From Planctomycetota bacterium (GTDB lineage Bacteria; Planctomycetota; GCA-002687715; CAIWVZ01): a DNA stretch of 64,000 nucleotides. The stretch lies in assembly GCA_044222185.1 (NCBI GenBank), contig JBGANV010000001.1, positions 1-64,000 of the forward strand. The letters are read 5' to 3'. The translations under genes were made by a program, and so were the position numbers. Below are positions 42,050-54,605 of this stretch, piece by piece; the first letter of the stretch is position 1; every line of letters begins with the position of its first letter. The notes under the pieces were generated by a model. It ran no database searches. It saw only the letters and a program-made list of their open reading frames with translations, and was not told the DNA's origin.

Positions 42050-43549
42050 CTATGTGCGTCCGAGGAGACGCGCGAGCCGTGCGGGGTCCGGGCGCAAGTG
42101 CAGCGTCTTGTGACTCGAGAGCAGCACCTGCCCAGGGGGCGCGCCACGCGCCTTCGTGACGAACTTCCGCCGCGTCCAGGAGACGTCGCGCTTGGCGTGC
42201 GAATCCGCCTTCGAGAAGTGCACGGCGAGCGTGGCGGCGTCGAGCAACGTTTCCGGAGGAAGCTCCTCACGTGCGCGGATCACCACGTGGGAGCCTGGAT
42301 AGTCCCGTACGTGGAACCAGAAGTCGTTGCCGTTGGCGACGGCGAAGGTCAGCTCGTCGTTATCGGCGGCAGTCCTTCCCACCAGCATCTCGATTCCGTC
42401 CTTCGACACGAACGTGTGGTAGGGCTTGCGGGGCTCCTGAACCGGCTTCTTGCGCGGCGTGTCCGCGGGCACGCCGGGACGGGCCGGCTTCAGGACGCCG
42501 GCACGCTCGCCGGCTTCTCGCGCCGAGTCGAGTTCGTGCGGCGTCGTCGCCGCGGCGAACTGGGACAGGACCGCGTCGATCTTCGCCACGCGATCGAGCG
42601 TCTGCTCACGGCGGACTTGCGCCGCCTCGCGCGCGCGCTCGAGGCGATGGGCCTCGTCGAACCGCGTTGAGACCTCCTCCGCAGGCGTACGCATCGGATT
42701 GAGCGCCACGTCCACTTCGACGCTTTCGCCGGTGGTCCAGTCGACGAGCGTCGCCGATTTCATCCCGCGTTTCAGCAGATGGAGGTTCGCTTTCAGCAGC
42801 TCGCCTTCGAACCGAAGCCTTGGGATCGCGTCGCTCGCGCGGATGTCCGACTCGAGGTTCTGTGCGAGTCGGTCCAGCTTCTTGCGTTGCTGCCGCAGGT
42901 CCTGCTCGAACCGTCGGCGCGTCTCGTCGACGATGGACGTCTGTTCGCGCGGCCCGACCCAGCGCTCGAGGGCGCGCGACAGCGGGTCGTCGTCCGATTG
43001 CCGTGGCGCGAATCCATCCAACTCGATGAACGGTGGTCGGGCCGCCATCTCCCGGTCTGGCATCTGGGGTGGGCGATAACGCGCCCCGAGCTTCAGCAGC
43101 CGGTCCGCGCTCTCCGCCGTGTCCAGGAGCGCTTCGATGGTTCCGCCCTCGGAGAGGATCGCCAGGTTCGGCCGGTTGCCGAAGAGTTCGCACACGAGCG
43201 TTCGCGTGACGAGCGAGCCATCGTCGGCGCGGCACTCGAAGACGAAGTCGAGGATGCGGTCGTTCTGCCGGCTCTTGATGGAGACCAGTCGCGCGGGCTG
43301 GAGGAGGCGTCGGGCATCCTCGCAGAACTGCGGCGGAGTCTTGGGGTTGAGCGGCAGCTCGTGCGCAAAGTGCGCGCGCGCGAACCGGCGGTTCGCGACG
43401 ATCAGGATGTTGCGCTCATCTTCACCGTCGCGCTCGACGCGCAGCACCAGGCGGTCCGCCGATGGCTGGTGGATCTTCCTCACGCGCGCCTGCGCCGCGA
43501 GCCGGTCCAATTCCTCGGCGAGGAGACACAGCTCGGCGGCGGTCAGCAT
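42050..43549 (-). CDS. rqcH: NFACT-family ribosome quality control protein (RqcH/FbpA-like)
   Basis: VRKIHQP, DRILDF, LVCELFG..NL, GELLKANL, VGRTAADNDELT, WFHVRDYPGSHV, AATLAVHFSK. Confidence 0.85.
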   Translation of the reverse strand: MLTAAELCLLAEELDRLAAQARVRKIHQPSADRLVLRVERDGEDERNILIVANRRFARAHFAHELPLNPKTPPQFCEDARRLLQPARLVSIKSRQNDRILDFVFECRADDGSLVTRTLVCELFGNRPNLAILSEGGTIEALLDTAESADRLLKLGARYRPPQMPDREMAARPPFIELDGFAPRQSDDDPLSRALERWVGPREQTSIVDETRRRFEQDLRQQRKKLDRLAQNLESDIRASDAIPRLRFEGELLKANLHLLKRGMKSATLVDWTTGESVEVDVALNPMRTPAEEVSTRFDEAHRLERAREAAQVRREQTLDRVAKIDAVLSQFAAATTPHELDSAREAGERAGVLKPARPGVPADTPRKKPVQEPRKPYHTFVSKDGIEMLVGRTAADNDELTFAVANGNDFWFHVRDYPGSHVVIRAREELPPETLLDAATLAVHFSKADSHAKRDVSWTRRKFVTKARGAPPGQVLLSSHKTLHLRPDPARLARLLGRT

Positions 43550-43586
43550 GGGATGCGTATCCGGACGCGCGTCCGGGAGCGGCCTT

Positions 43587-44057
43587 TCAGTTCACCTTCT
43601 CTTCGCTCGTGTCGTAGGCCCACGCCTGCGTGCACGGCGTCCACGTCTGGACCTCTCCGTCCTTGAAGAAGAGCTTCAGCTCGCGGGCCGCCGCCTCGGG
43701 CGAATCCGACCCGTGGATCAGGTTGAACGAATTGCTCACGCCGAAGTCGCCGCGGATCGTTCCCGGCTCGGCGTTCGACCCGAACGTGGCGCCCATCATC
43801 TTGCGGCTGATGGCGATGGCGTTGATGCCGCGGATCGCGAGCACGACGACGGGCGACGACGTCATGAAGCGCACGAGGCCCGGGTAGAACTTCCGCTCCT
43901 TGTGGGCTTCGTAGTGCGTGGCGGCGAGCTCCTGCGAGATCTTCATCATCTTCATGCCGACGATCTGGAGGCCTTTGTCCTCGAATCGGGAGATGATGCG
44001 GCCGGACATGCCGCGCTGGACGCCGTCCGGCTTCACGATGATCAGGGTCGTTTCCAT
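43587..44057 (-). CDS. ndk: Nucleoside-diphosphate kinase
   Basis: TLIIVKPDGVQRG, PGTIRGDF, NLIHGSDS. Confidence 0.97.
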   Translation of the reverse strand: METTLIIVKPDGVQRGMSGRIISRFEDKGLQIVGMKMMKISQELAATHYEAHKERKFYPGLVRFMTSSPVVVLAIRGINAIAISRKMMGATFGSNAEPGTIRGDFGVSNSFNLIHGSDSPEAAARELKLFFKDGEVQTWTPCTQAWAYDTSEEKVN

Positions 44058-44190
44058 GGATGGTTCCGTGTTCGAAAGGGGTGAGGCGCGGGAGCGGTGA
44101 GGTCCGGCCTTCGGGCGCGGAGCCTCCTCCCGCGGATGCGCGGAAATCCGCGCACAAGCGGGGAGATGGTGGCAGCCGCCCAATTCGCGA

Positions 44191-44847
44191 TCAACGGCGC
44201 GGGGCGTCGATCCGCACCTGGTCGGTCTTCAGCGCCGTCAGCCCGGCAGCCGCCGGCAGGAAGCGTCCGTCGACGACCTGTTCGGCGAGTTCAGCCGTCG
44301 CCAGCGACCTCGCGAGTTGGATCGTCCCGACCACCTGATCGGCGCGCACGACGGAGAGCGTGGCGCCCACCGGCACGGTGATGCCCGACGGCACGAGGAC
44401 CTGCACGCTGCCGTCCAGGCGGACGGCCTGGATCGTCAGCACTCGTGGTTTCGATGCGCGCGTTGCCGCCAATTCCTTCGTCAACTGGCCCACGGCCGAC
44501 TGGTCGACGGCCGTCAGCGCCGGACGAATCCGAGTGATGTCCGAGACCAGGCCGTCGGCGCGGGCGCGCAGGTCCCGCTCCGTGCGCTCGAGTGCTTCGA
44601 CCTCCCGCAGGCGCTCGCGGACTCGTTCCTCGAGAACCGCGCGGCGTGACTCGGCGGCCTCCGCGCGCTCTGCTGCCCGAACCGCCGCCTGCGCCGCGTC
44701 ATCGCGCCGCCGCGCCAGGTCCTTGACGTCGTTCTCGCGGTTGGTGGCCTCGGCCCAGAGTTGCTGTTCGGCGGCGATGTCTCCCTCCCGCGGAGCCTGA
44801 CAGGCGGCGCAGAGGAGGACGAGTGCAGTCCATCGGAACGTTCGCAT
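44191..44847 (-). CDS. Hypothetical coiled-coil lipoprotein
   Basis: MRTFRWTALVLLCAAC lipobox, coiled coil, beta-rich tail. Confidence 0.65.
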   Translation of the reverse strand: MRTFRWTALVLLCAACQAPREGDIAAEQQLWAEATNRENDVKDLARRRDDAAQAAVRAAERAEAAESRRAVLEERVRERLREVEALERTERDLRARADGLVSDITRIRPALTAVDQSAVGQLTKELAATRASKPRVLTIQAVRLDGSVQVLVPSGITVPVGATLSVVRADQVVGTIQLARSLATAELAEQVVDGRFLPAAAGLTALKTDQVRIDAPRR

Positions 44848-44962
44848 CACGCGGTCTCGTTGTTTGGCGGCGAAAGCAACGCGGAACATACCGGGAACGG
44901 ACGCCCCTGAACATCCGGGGAAATGCACCGCGGCAGACGAAAAAACGACGGGAAAAACCCCG

Positions 44963-44991
44963 TTGTTCCTCGGAAAGGTGGCCGATATAGT
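44963..44991 (+). promoter_or_regulatory. Putative atp operon promoter
   Basis: TTGTTC-N17-TATAGT preceded by A-tracts. Confidence 0.5.
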
Positions 44992-45073
44992 GCGCCGCCT
45001 TCGCGGGACGAGGGGTGCACTCGATGGGTGTTGCGCGATCACGCGACGCCCGTCCGTCCCAAGACCGGTTGGT

Positions 45074-45310
45074 ATGGGAGAGACGAAACGGCGCAGGGGG
45101 CTCCGTGGCCTTCGGTACGTCGGCGTCGGAATCAGCTTCGGAGCGCTCGTGCTCGCTGGCTGGTTCGTCGGTCGCTGGGCGGACGGCCGGTTCCACACGG
45201 AACCGTGGCTCGCGCTCGCCGGCACTCTCATCGGCATCACCTTCGCGACAATCGATCTCATCCGGACCTCCGACGCACTCGAGCGGCTCGACAAAGAGGA
45301 CCGAGAGTGA
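45074..45310 (+). CDS. atpZ: AtpZ/AtpI-family two-TM protein
   Basis: GWFVGRWADGRFHTEPW...GTLIG; first gene of the atp operon. Confidence 0.8.
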   Translation: MGETKRRRGLRGLRYVGVGISFGALVLAGWFVGRWADGRFHTEPWLALAGTLIGITFATIDLIRTSDALERLDKEDRE

Positions 45311-45708
45311 AACGAAACTTGGTGCGCTATGGACTTGGCTGGTCCGTGGTCAGCGCGGCTCTTGTCGCCGTGCTTCCACGGGTGATTCCCGGCGTGAACG
45401 GGATCGGCCCCGTCCTCTCCGCCATTGCGGTGGCTGCGGCCGTCGACGTGGCGGTGTTCGGTCTCGTGATCTACGGGCTGGTCGTGGCTCCGCGTTCGTT
45501 CTTCCGGATGTGGGGGCTTGCGGTCGCGACGAAGATCGCGACTTTCAGTGCGGCGCTGATCGTGGCGTCGCAGACGTTGGGTGCGGATGGCCCGGTGTTC
45601 ACCTGGTCGCTCGCAGCCGCCTTCGTGGCCTACGTGCACAACGAAGTGTTCGTGTTCGCCAGGTTGAGCGATCGAGACCTCCGCCCCCGGGCGGGTGTCG
45701 GAAACTGA
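45307..45708 (+). CDS. AtpI-like four-TM protein
   Basis: Hydrophobic; lies between atpZ and atpB with GTGA overlap. Confidence 0.6.
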   Translation: MKRNLVRYGLGWSVVSAALVAVLPRVIPGVNGIGPVLSAIAVAAAVDVAVFGLVIYGLVVAPRSFFRMWGLAVATKIATFSAALIVASQTLGADGPVFTWSLAAAFVAYVHNEVFVFARLSDRDLRPRAGVGN

Positions 45709-45726
45709 ACAGACGAGAAACCACGG

Positions 45727-46506
45727 ATGGCTCTGGGCGTGACCTTGTTCAACGGCGATGGTGAAGACATCAGCGAGGCTGTTCGCCACCACGCCTTCGA
45801 CAACATCCACGAGCCGTTCTTCGGCATCATCACCAAGTTCTCGGTGATGGCGTTGTTGTCCGGCGCCGTGCTGTTCTTCCTCGCGCGCATCGCGGCGCGG
45901 CGCACGAACCTCGTGCCCACGGGCGTTCTGCAGAACGCCTTCGAATCCCTCGTTCTATTCGTGCGGGATGAGCTCGTTCGCCCCAACATGGGGCACCATG
46001 GCGACAAGTTCGTCCCGTTCTTCTGCACGCTGTTCTCGTTCATCTTCATCACGAACCTGTTCGGGATGGTTCCGATTCCCGTCGTCGGCGGGACTGCGAC
46101 GTCGAACCTGGGCATGACGGGCATGCTGGCCGTCTCCGTGCTCATCGTCTCCATCGTCGGGGGCATCAAGGAGAACGGGATCGGCGGCTTCCTCCACGGC
46201 TTCGTTCCGCCGGGACTGCCGATGCTGCTCGTTCCAGTCTTGTTCGTGCTGGAACTCGCTGGCTTCTTCATCAAGCACGGCGTGTTGGCCATTCGTCTCT
46301 TCGCCAACATGGTCGCCGGACACCTCGTCGTCGGTGCGTTCCTCGGCCTGATCATCGTGAACAAGTCCTACGCCGTCGCGCCGCCCGCCATCGCGTTGGC
46401 CCTGTTCGTCAACATGCTCGAACTCCTCGTGTGCCTGCTTCAGGCGTACGTGTTCACTCTTCTCGCGTCGCTCTTCGTGGCTGGAACGGTCCATCCCGAG
46501 CACTGA
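45727..46506 (+). CDS. atpB: ATP synthase F0 subunit a
   Basis: LAIRLFANMVAGH, LQAYVFTLL. Confidence 0.96.
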   Translation: MALGVTLFNGDGEDISEAVRHHAFDNIHEPFFGIITKFSVMALLSGAVLFFLARIAARRTNLVPTGVLQNAFESLVLFVRDELVRPNMGHHGDKFVPFFCTLFSFIFITNLFGMVPIPVVGGTATSNLGMTGMLAVSVLIVSIVGGIKENGIGGFLHGFVPPGLPMLLVPVLFVLELAGFFIKHGVLAIRLFANMVAGHLVVGAFLGLIIVNKSYAVAPPAIALALFVNMLELLVCLLQAYVFTLLASLFVAGTVHPEH

Positions 46507-46576
46507 GAACAACGGAGAGGGGAGCCGCTCCCACCTCCATGACCTTCATCCTTCAATCCCAGGAGCTTCTGAAACC

Positions 46577-46795
46577 ATGAGCCTGATCCCACTCGCCGCC
46601 ATTGGCGCCGGTCTCGTCACCCTCGGTGCAGCTTTCGGTATCGGCCGCCTCGCGGCCGCCAGCGTCGAAGGCATCGCCCGTCAGCCGGAAGCCGGTGGCT
46701 CGATCCGCACCACGATGATCATCGCGGCGGCCCTCATCGAAGGGTTCACGTTCTTCGCGTTGATCGTCTGCCAGGGCGCGTCGAAGAACGGCTGA
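46577..46795 (+). CDS. atpE: ATP synthase F0 subunit c
   Basis: GIG...ARQPE...AALIEG. Confidence 0.96.
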   Translation: MSLIPLAAIGAGLVTLGAAFGIGRLAAASVEGIARQPEAGGSIRTTMIIAAALIEGFTFFALIVCQGASKNG

Positions 46796-46838
46796 TCATT
46801 GGACCGCGCTGCTCGTGCGGCGCCTTGGATTTGAATCC

Positions 46839-47423
46839 ATGTACCTGCTGAACATTCCACAGCACGGCGGCACGCCGCCCGTCGAGGCCAAGACCTCGAC
46901 GGAGCATGCAGCGGAGGCGGGCCACAAGCTCGACCCGCTCGAGCCGAGCTTCGGCCTCACGTTCTGGAGCGGAGTCACATTCATGTGCCTCCTGCTCCTG
47001 TTGCTGAAGTTCGCCTGGAAGCCCATCGTCAAGATCGTCGAGGATCGCGAGAAGAAGATCCGCGGCGACCTGGAGGGGGCGGAAAAGGCGAAGGCGGAGG
47101 CGGACGCGGCGCTTCGCAAGTATCAGGCGCAACTCGACGAGTCGGCGGTCAAGGCCCGCGAGACCGTCGAGGCGGCGCGGGCACGGGCGGAGCAGGCGGC
47201 GGCCGAGATCGCCACGGCGGCGAAGGCCGAGGCTGCCGGCATCATCGCGAAGGCGCGAGCCGAGATCGAAGGCGAGAAGCAGAAGGCACTCGCGGACATC
47301 AAGGCCAGCGTCGTCGAGTTGTCCATGGCCATCACGCGCGAAGTCGTGAAGCGAACGGCGAGTCAGGACGACCACGCCGCCATCGCCAACGACATCATGA
47401 AGCGCATGAAGGACGTGGCGTGA
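46839..47423 (+). CDS. atpF: ATP synthase F0 subunit b
   Basis: TM then KFAWKPI...REKKI and coiled coil. Confidence 0.93.
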   Translation: MYLLNIPQHGGTPPVEAKTSTEHAAEAGHKLDPLEPSFGLTFWSGVTFMCLLLLLLKFAWKPIVKIVEDREKKIRGDLEGAEKAKAEADAALRKYQAQLDESAVKARETVEAARARAEQAAAEIATAAKAEAAGIIAKARAEIEGEKQKALADIKASVVELSMAITREVVKRTASQDDHAAIANDIMKRMKDVA

Positions 47424-47441
47424 TCCACGGAGCAGGACGAG

Positions 47442-47996
47442 ATGTCTGACGACAGCAACCTGGCTCCGGCCCGCCGCTACGCGGACGCGCTGTTCGAACT
47501 CGCCCGGGACAAGGGCGAAGTCGACGCCGTCGTCGCGGACGTCGTGGCGCTGAAGGGCGTCATCGACGCCGAGCCTTCGATCCTGCGCACGCTCATGGAC
47601 CCCAAGGCCGGGCGTGAACAGAAGAAGTCCCTGGCGGACGCCAAGCTGATCGGCGGCCGGCACCGCCTCGTGGGCAACCTCGTTCGCGTGCTTCTCGAAC
47701 GGCGACGCGAAGATCTCCTCGGGGAGTTCTTCACGGCATTCGCCGAGTCCGTCGAGCGCGCGAACAAGGTGCTGAAGGTCGAGGTCGAGACGGCGTCGGC
47801 TCTCGGCGATGCGGCGCGCGACGATCTCGCGCGCCGGATCGGCGAGTCGTCGGGGCGGCCCGTGGAGATCACCTCGCGCGTGCGTCCCGAGTTGCTCGGG
47901 GGCATGCGGTTCATCGTCGACTCGCGGCTGATCGATGGCAGCGTGGCGGCGAAGCTCGATCGGCTGCGTCAGCGAATGCTGCAGGCGCAGGCGTAG
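47442..47996 (+). CDS. atpH: ATP synthase F1 subunit delta
   Basis: ARRYADALF, PELLGG...IDGSV. Confidence 0.93.
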   Translation: MSDDSNLAPARRYADALFELARDKGEVDAVVADVVALKGVIDAEPSILRTLMDPKAGREQKKSLADAKLIGGRHRLVGNLVRVLLERRREDLLGEFFTAFAESVERANKVLKVEVETASALGDAARDDLARRIGESSGRPVEITSRVRPELLGGMRFIVDSRLIDGSVAAKLDRLRQRMLQAQA

Positions 47997-48091
47997 TGCG
48001 GGCGTTCGTCGCCCGACGCGGTTCGAACAGACACTGACATTGGGGCGGGATCGAACGGATCTCGCCGAGCGAGAACGGAGTCCAGTTCACC

Positions 48092-49600
<1,509 letters not shown>

Positions 49601-49615
49601 TCGGCGGAGTCCACC

Positions 49616-50500
49616 GTGAAGGGCGTACGCGAACTCAAACGACGTCTCAAAGGCGTCCAGAACATCCGCAAGATCACGAAGGCGATCGAGCTCGTGGCCT
49701 CCACGAAGCTCCGTCGTCTCCAGGATCGCGCGGCCGCCACGCGGCCGTTTGCGGCGCAGCTCGAAGCGATCATGAAGCGCGTGGCCGGCGTCGTCGATCC
49801 GTCGGCATCGCCGCTCCTTCGCGCCTACGAGAAGGTGACGGACGTGGCGTTGCTCGTGATCGCGGGCGACAAGGGCCTCTGCGGCTCCTACAACTCCAAC
49901 GTCTTCCGCGCGTCGCTGCCCGTCATCCGCGAGCTGACGGCGAGCGGGAAGAAGGTCCACGTGTTCGCCATGGGCAAGCGTGCCGCCACCTACTTCGGGA
50001 AGCTGAAGGACGTGACGCTCACGTGGGTCTACCCCGATCCCGTGGAGAAGATCGAATTCCGCAACGTGAAGTCGTTGGCGAAGGAACTCGTCACCGGTTT
50101 CGTCGCGGGCAAGTTCCACGAAGTCCGCATCGTGTACACGGCGATGAAGGGCTCCATGACGTTCAAGCCGACGGTGCAGGGGATCCTTCCCGTGCCGAAG
50201 CCGGCCGTGGACGAGTCGTCGAAGAAGAGCTCCGTCGAGTACATCCTCGAGCCCACGCCGCAGGAGATCATGGATCGCCTGCTGCCGCGGTTCCTCGAGA
50301 TGCAACTCTTCGCCGCCGTGCTCGAGTCGCTCGCGTCCGAATTCGGCTCACGCCGGATCGCCATGAAGAGCGCCACCGACAACGCGGTCGAGATGATCGG
50401 AACACTCACCAAGGAATACAACAAGGCGCGGCAGACGGGCATCACGAGCGAACTGCTCGAGATCTCCGGCGGCGCGGAAGCGCTGCGCGACGCTTCTTAG
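49616..50500 (+). CDS. atpG: ATP synthase F1 subunit gamma
   Basis: KITKAIELV, DKGLCGSYN, ATDNA, RQTGITSELLEI. Confidence 0.97.
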   Translation: MKGVRELKRRLKGVQNIRKITKAIELVASTKLRRLQDRAAATRPFAAQLEAIMKRVAGVVDPSASPLLRAYEKVTDVALLVIAGDKGLCGSYNSNVFRASLPVIRELTASGKKVHVFAMGKRAATYFGKLKDVTLTWVYPDPVEKIEFRNVKSLAKELVTGFVAGKFHEVRIVYTAMKGSMTFKPTVQGILPVPKPAVDESSKKSSVEYILEPTPQEIMDRLLPRFLEMQLFAAVLESLASEFGSRRIAMKSATDNAVEMIGTLTKEYNKARQTGITSELLEISGGAEALRDAS

Positions 50501-51952
<1,452 letters not shown>

Positions 51953-51955
51953 TCC

Positions 51956-52384
51956 ATGAAAGAGTTCAAGCTCCGGATCGTCACGCCCGAACGCACCATC
52001 TTCGAGGGAGATGTGACGTCAGTCACAGTTCCCGGATCGAAGGGGAGCATGGGCATCCTGTACAACCACGCTCCGCTCGTGTCGTCGCTCGAGACGGGCG
52101 AGGTGGTGGTGCACTTTCCGGACGGGAAGTCGCAGGTGTTCGTCGTCTCCGGTGGGTTCGTCGAGGTCGCAAACAACGACGTGCGCGTGCTCGCAGACGT
52201 GGGCGAGCCCGCATCCGAGATTGACGAGGCCCGTGCCCGGGAGGCCGCCGAGCGCGCCAAGCAGCGCATTCGCGAACGCAAGGAGGCCGAGTTCGACCTC
52301 GCCCGCGCCGAGGCCGCGCTCTCGCGCGCCATGGCTCGCCTCCGCGTCGCCCAGCGCTACAAGATGCCCGCCCGCGGCGCCTAG
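51956..52384 (+). CDS. atpC: ATP synthase F1 subunit epsilon
   Basis: IVTPER, GILYNHAP, VSGGFVEV. Confidence 0.96.
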   Translation: MKEFKLRIVTPERTIFEGDVTSVTVPGSKGSMGILYNHAPLVSSLETGEVVVHFPDGKSQVFVVSGGFVEVANNDVRVLADVGEPASEIDEARAREAAERAKQRIRERKEAEFDLARAEAALSRAMARLRVAQRYKMPARGA

Positions 52385-52448
52385 CGAGCGCCGTTCATCA
52401 GCGTCGGTCTGAGCATCGCGAGCCCGATGCGAAACGACATCGGCCGGA

Positions 52449-52521
52449 CCGGTCGTCCTCGCTTCGCTCGGTTCGACCGGCGATCCTGCCAGTCGTCCTC
52501 GCTTCGCTGCGGTTGACTGGC
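52449..52521. repeat. Two tandem REP-like hairpins downstream of atpC
   Basis: CCGGTCG-TCCTCGCTTCGCTCGGTT-CGACCGG and GCCAGTCG-TCCTCGCTTCGCTGCGG-TTGACTGGC. Confidence 0.6.
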
Positions 52522-52823
52522 GCTCCGCCGCGCAGTCGATCGATCCGCGCGCGCGAAGCTCTTTCGGAACGCAGCGTAGGAGCGCCGATTCTCCGGCGCA
52601 TCGCCGGGAATCGGCCGGATCGCCGGGCGTCCCGCCCGGTCCAACGGGCGTGGCACGGCGTGGGGCATTCGATCCCTGCTCTCGGCGTGATCCTTGCAAC
52701 GCACCCCGCGAACTCACATCGGCCCGGGTCGGCGCGGTTTCGAGCCCGATCGCTGGCGAGATCCGAACTGTGCCCATAGGCTCCACGTTGCACGGCCATC
52801 AGGCGGCGTGCAGGAGTGGCACC

Positions 52824-54566
52824 ATGAGCATTCGTACCTCCACGCGCGTTGGCGTCGTCATTCTTTGCGCGGCGGCGGCGATCAGCGCCCAGACGACGCG
52901 GCAGGTTCCGTCCCAATACCCGACGATCCAGACCGCGATCAACGCCTGCGTGAACGGCGACACGGTCCTCATCGCGCCGGGCACTTACGGCGGCACCGTG
53001 AACTTCTCCGGCAAGGCCATCACCGTGCGCGGCTCGGCCGGCGCCGCGAGCACGATCATCGCGGGAGCGGGCGTCGCTCGCATCGTGACGTTCTCTTCGA
53101 ACGAGGGCCCCAACTCGATCCTCGACGGCGTGACCGTCACCGGCGGCAATGGCGGCGTGCTGATCCAGAACGCCTCGCCGACGATCACGAACTGCCGGAT
53201 CGTGAATAACGTTGCGGTTGCGCCTGCGCCCTCGACCGCGAGCTCGGGTGGCGGTATTCGGATCCTCGCGACGGCGGGCACGGTTGCGCCGACGATCTCG
53301 AACTGTTCCATCGACGGGAACACGACGAACACGTCCGGCGGCGGTCTGGACGTCGAGGTGACGGCACCGGGCACGGGCTTGCCGGTGTTGCTGAACTGCA
53401 CGCTCTCCATGAACACGGCAGCGGGACAGGGCGGGGGTGCGCAGTTTCTCGCCAATGCCCAGGCGTCTCTTTCGCCGACGCTCGTCGGGTGCACACTCAG
53501 CGGCAATTGGGGGGCGTACAGTGGCGGTGCGCTCTACCTTCAAACTTGCGCCGTCGTCTCGATTTCAGGGTGTCGCATAGTTGCAAATCACCTCCCCGCG
53601 GTCGTGTTGTCCCCGTATCCCTATGTCGCGACGGGCTCGGGAGGTGGGATCGGCGGGTCTGCGGACCAGGTTGCGCTCGTCGGGTGCACGATCACTGGAA
53701 ACGACGCGGCGGGTTACGGCTCTGCCATCGATCTTTCCGCGAGCAATGTGCTCGTTCGGAACTGCACCATCACCGGCAACCAGTTGAACCTGTTTTCGTC
53801 GACAGCCGTTCGGCTCGTTGGGACGCAGACGAATTCGCAGTTGTCGATCGTCAGCTCGATCGTTTGGGGGAACTCGAGCGCCGATCTCGGCGGGAGCCCG
53901 CCGCCGACCGTCACCTACTCCAACATCGGCACCGGCCAGTTCGCGCCCGGCGTCGGCACCATCTCGCAGGATCCTCGATTCGCCGATCCGGCGAACGGGG
54001 ACTACCACCTCACCGTGTCATCGCCGTGCCGCAATGCGGGTTCGCCGCAGTCCGCGGGACTGCCGGCGTTGGACCTCGACGGCACTCCGCGCGTCGTCGG
54101 CGGCGTCGTCGACATGGGCGCGGACGAATTTCCGGCGATCGCGTATCCCGGCACGAACGAGGACGTGGACCTGCTCGCCTGGGTCGACGGTGCAGGCGAC
54201 CCCGTGGCCTCGACGCGCACCGCGTTGCCCGGCAGCCATCTGAAGTTCGTCATGCGCTCCGCGGGCGGAACGTTGACGGGGGCCACACCGATCGTCGGCG
54301 GCGCCGTGTACTCCGCGGGCTCTCCACCGACGCAGGTGCCGGGCTACCCATCGATCTGGCTCATGGGCTCGGCCTTCGTCCTCTATGGCAACCTCACCGC
54401 GCCGCCGTTCACGATCCCCGGGCTCCCGACCGCAGGTCTCACGTTCGAGTTCCTGACTCCGCCGGGTCTGGCCGGGCTGGGGCTTCGCCTCCAAGGACTC
54501 GTGACGACGCCGCTCGCGGCGAACTCAGCCTACGCAGCCACGGGCGCACTGGACGTCACTTTCTGA
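52824..54566 (+). CDS. Secreted right-handed beta-helix (pectin lyase-like) protein
   Basis: Signal peptide; VPSQYPTIQTAIN..GDTVLIAPGTY; GGG/NCxI repeats; DPRF...DYHL..SPC; DMGADE. Confidence 0.85.
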   Translation: MSIRTSTRVGVVILCAAAAISAQTTRQVPSQYPTIQTAINACVNGDTVLIAPGTYGGTVNFSGKAITVRGSAGAASTIIAGAGVARIVTFSSNEGPNSILDGVTVTGGNGGVLIQNASPTITNCRIVNNVAVAPAPSTASSGGGIRILATAGTVAPTISNCSIDGNTTNTSGGGLDVEVTAPGTGLPVLLNCTLSMNTAAGQGGGAQFLANAQASLSPTLVGCTLSGNWGAYSGGALYLQTCAVVSISGCRIVANHLPAVVLSPYPYVATGSGGGIGGSADQVALVGCTITGNDAAGYGSAIDLSASNVLVRNCTITGNQLNLFSSTAVRLVGTQTNSQLSIVSSIVWGNSSADLGGSPPPTVTYSNIGTGQFAPGVGTISQDPRFADPANGDYHLTVSSPCRNAGSPQSAGLPALDLDGTPRVVGGVVDMGADEFPAIAYPGTNEDVDLLAWVDGAGDPVASTRTALPGSHLKFVMRSAGGTLTGATPIVGGAVYSAGSPPTQVPGYPSIWLMGSAFVLYGNLTAPPFTIPGLPTAGLTFEFLTPPGLAGLGLRLQGLVTTPLAANSAYAATGALDVTF

Positions 54567-54605
54567 TCGTGCGGTCGCGGACTGCCGCCGGTTCGCGGAC
54601 CCCGA

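Noticed and set aside
46577-46795. Na+-translocating or N-type ATP synthase
   Set aside because: Subunit c lacks the Na+ ligand pattern (it has IEGF rather than ES/T..Y with an upstream Gln), and the gene order with atpH is canonical F-type.
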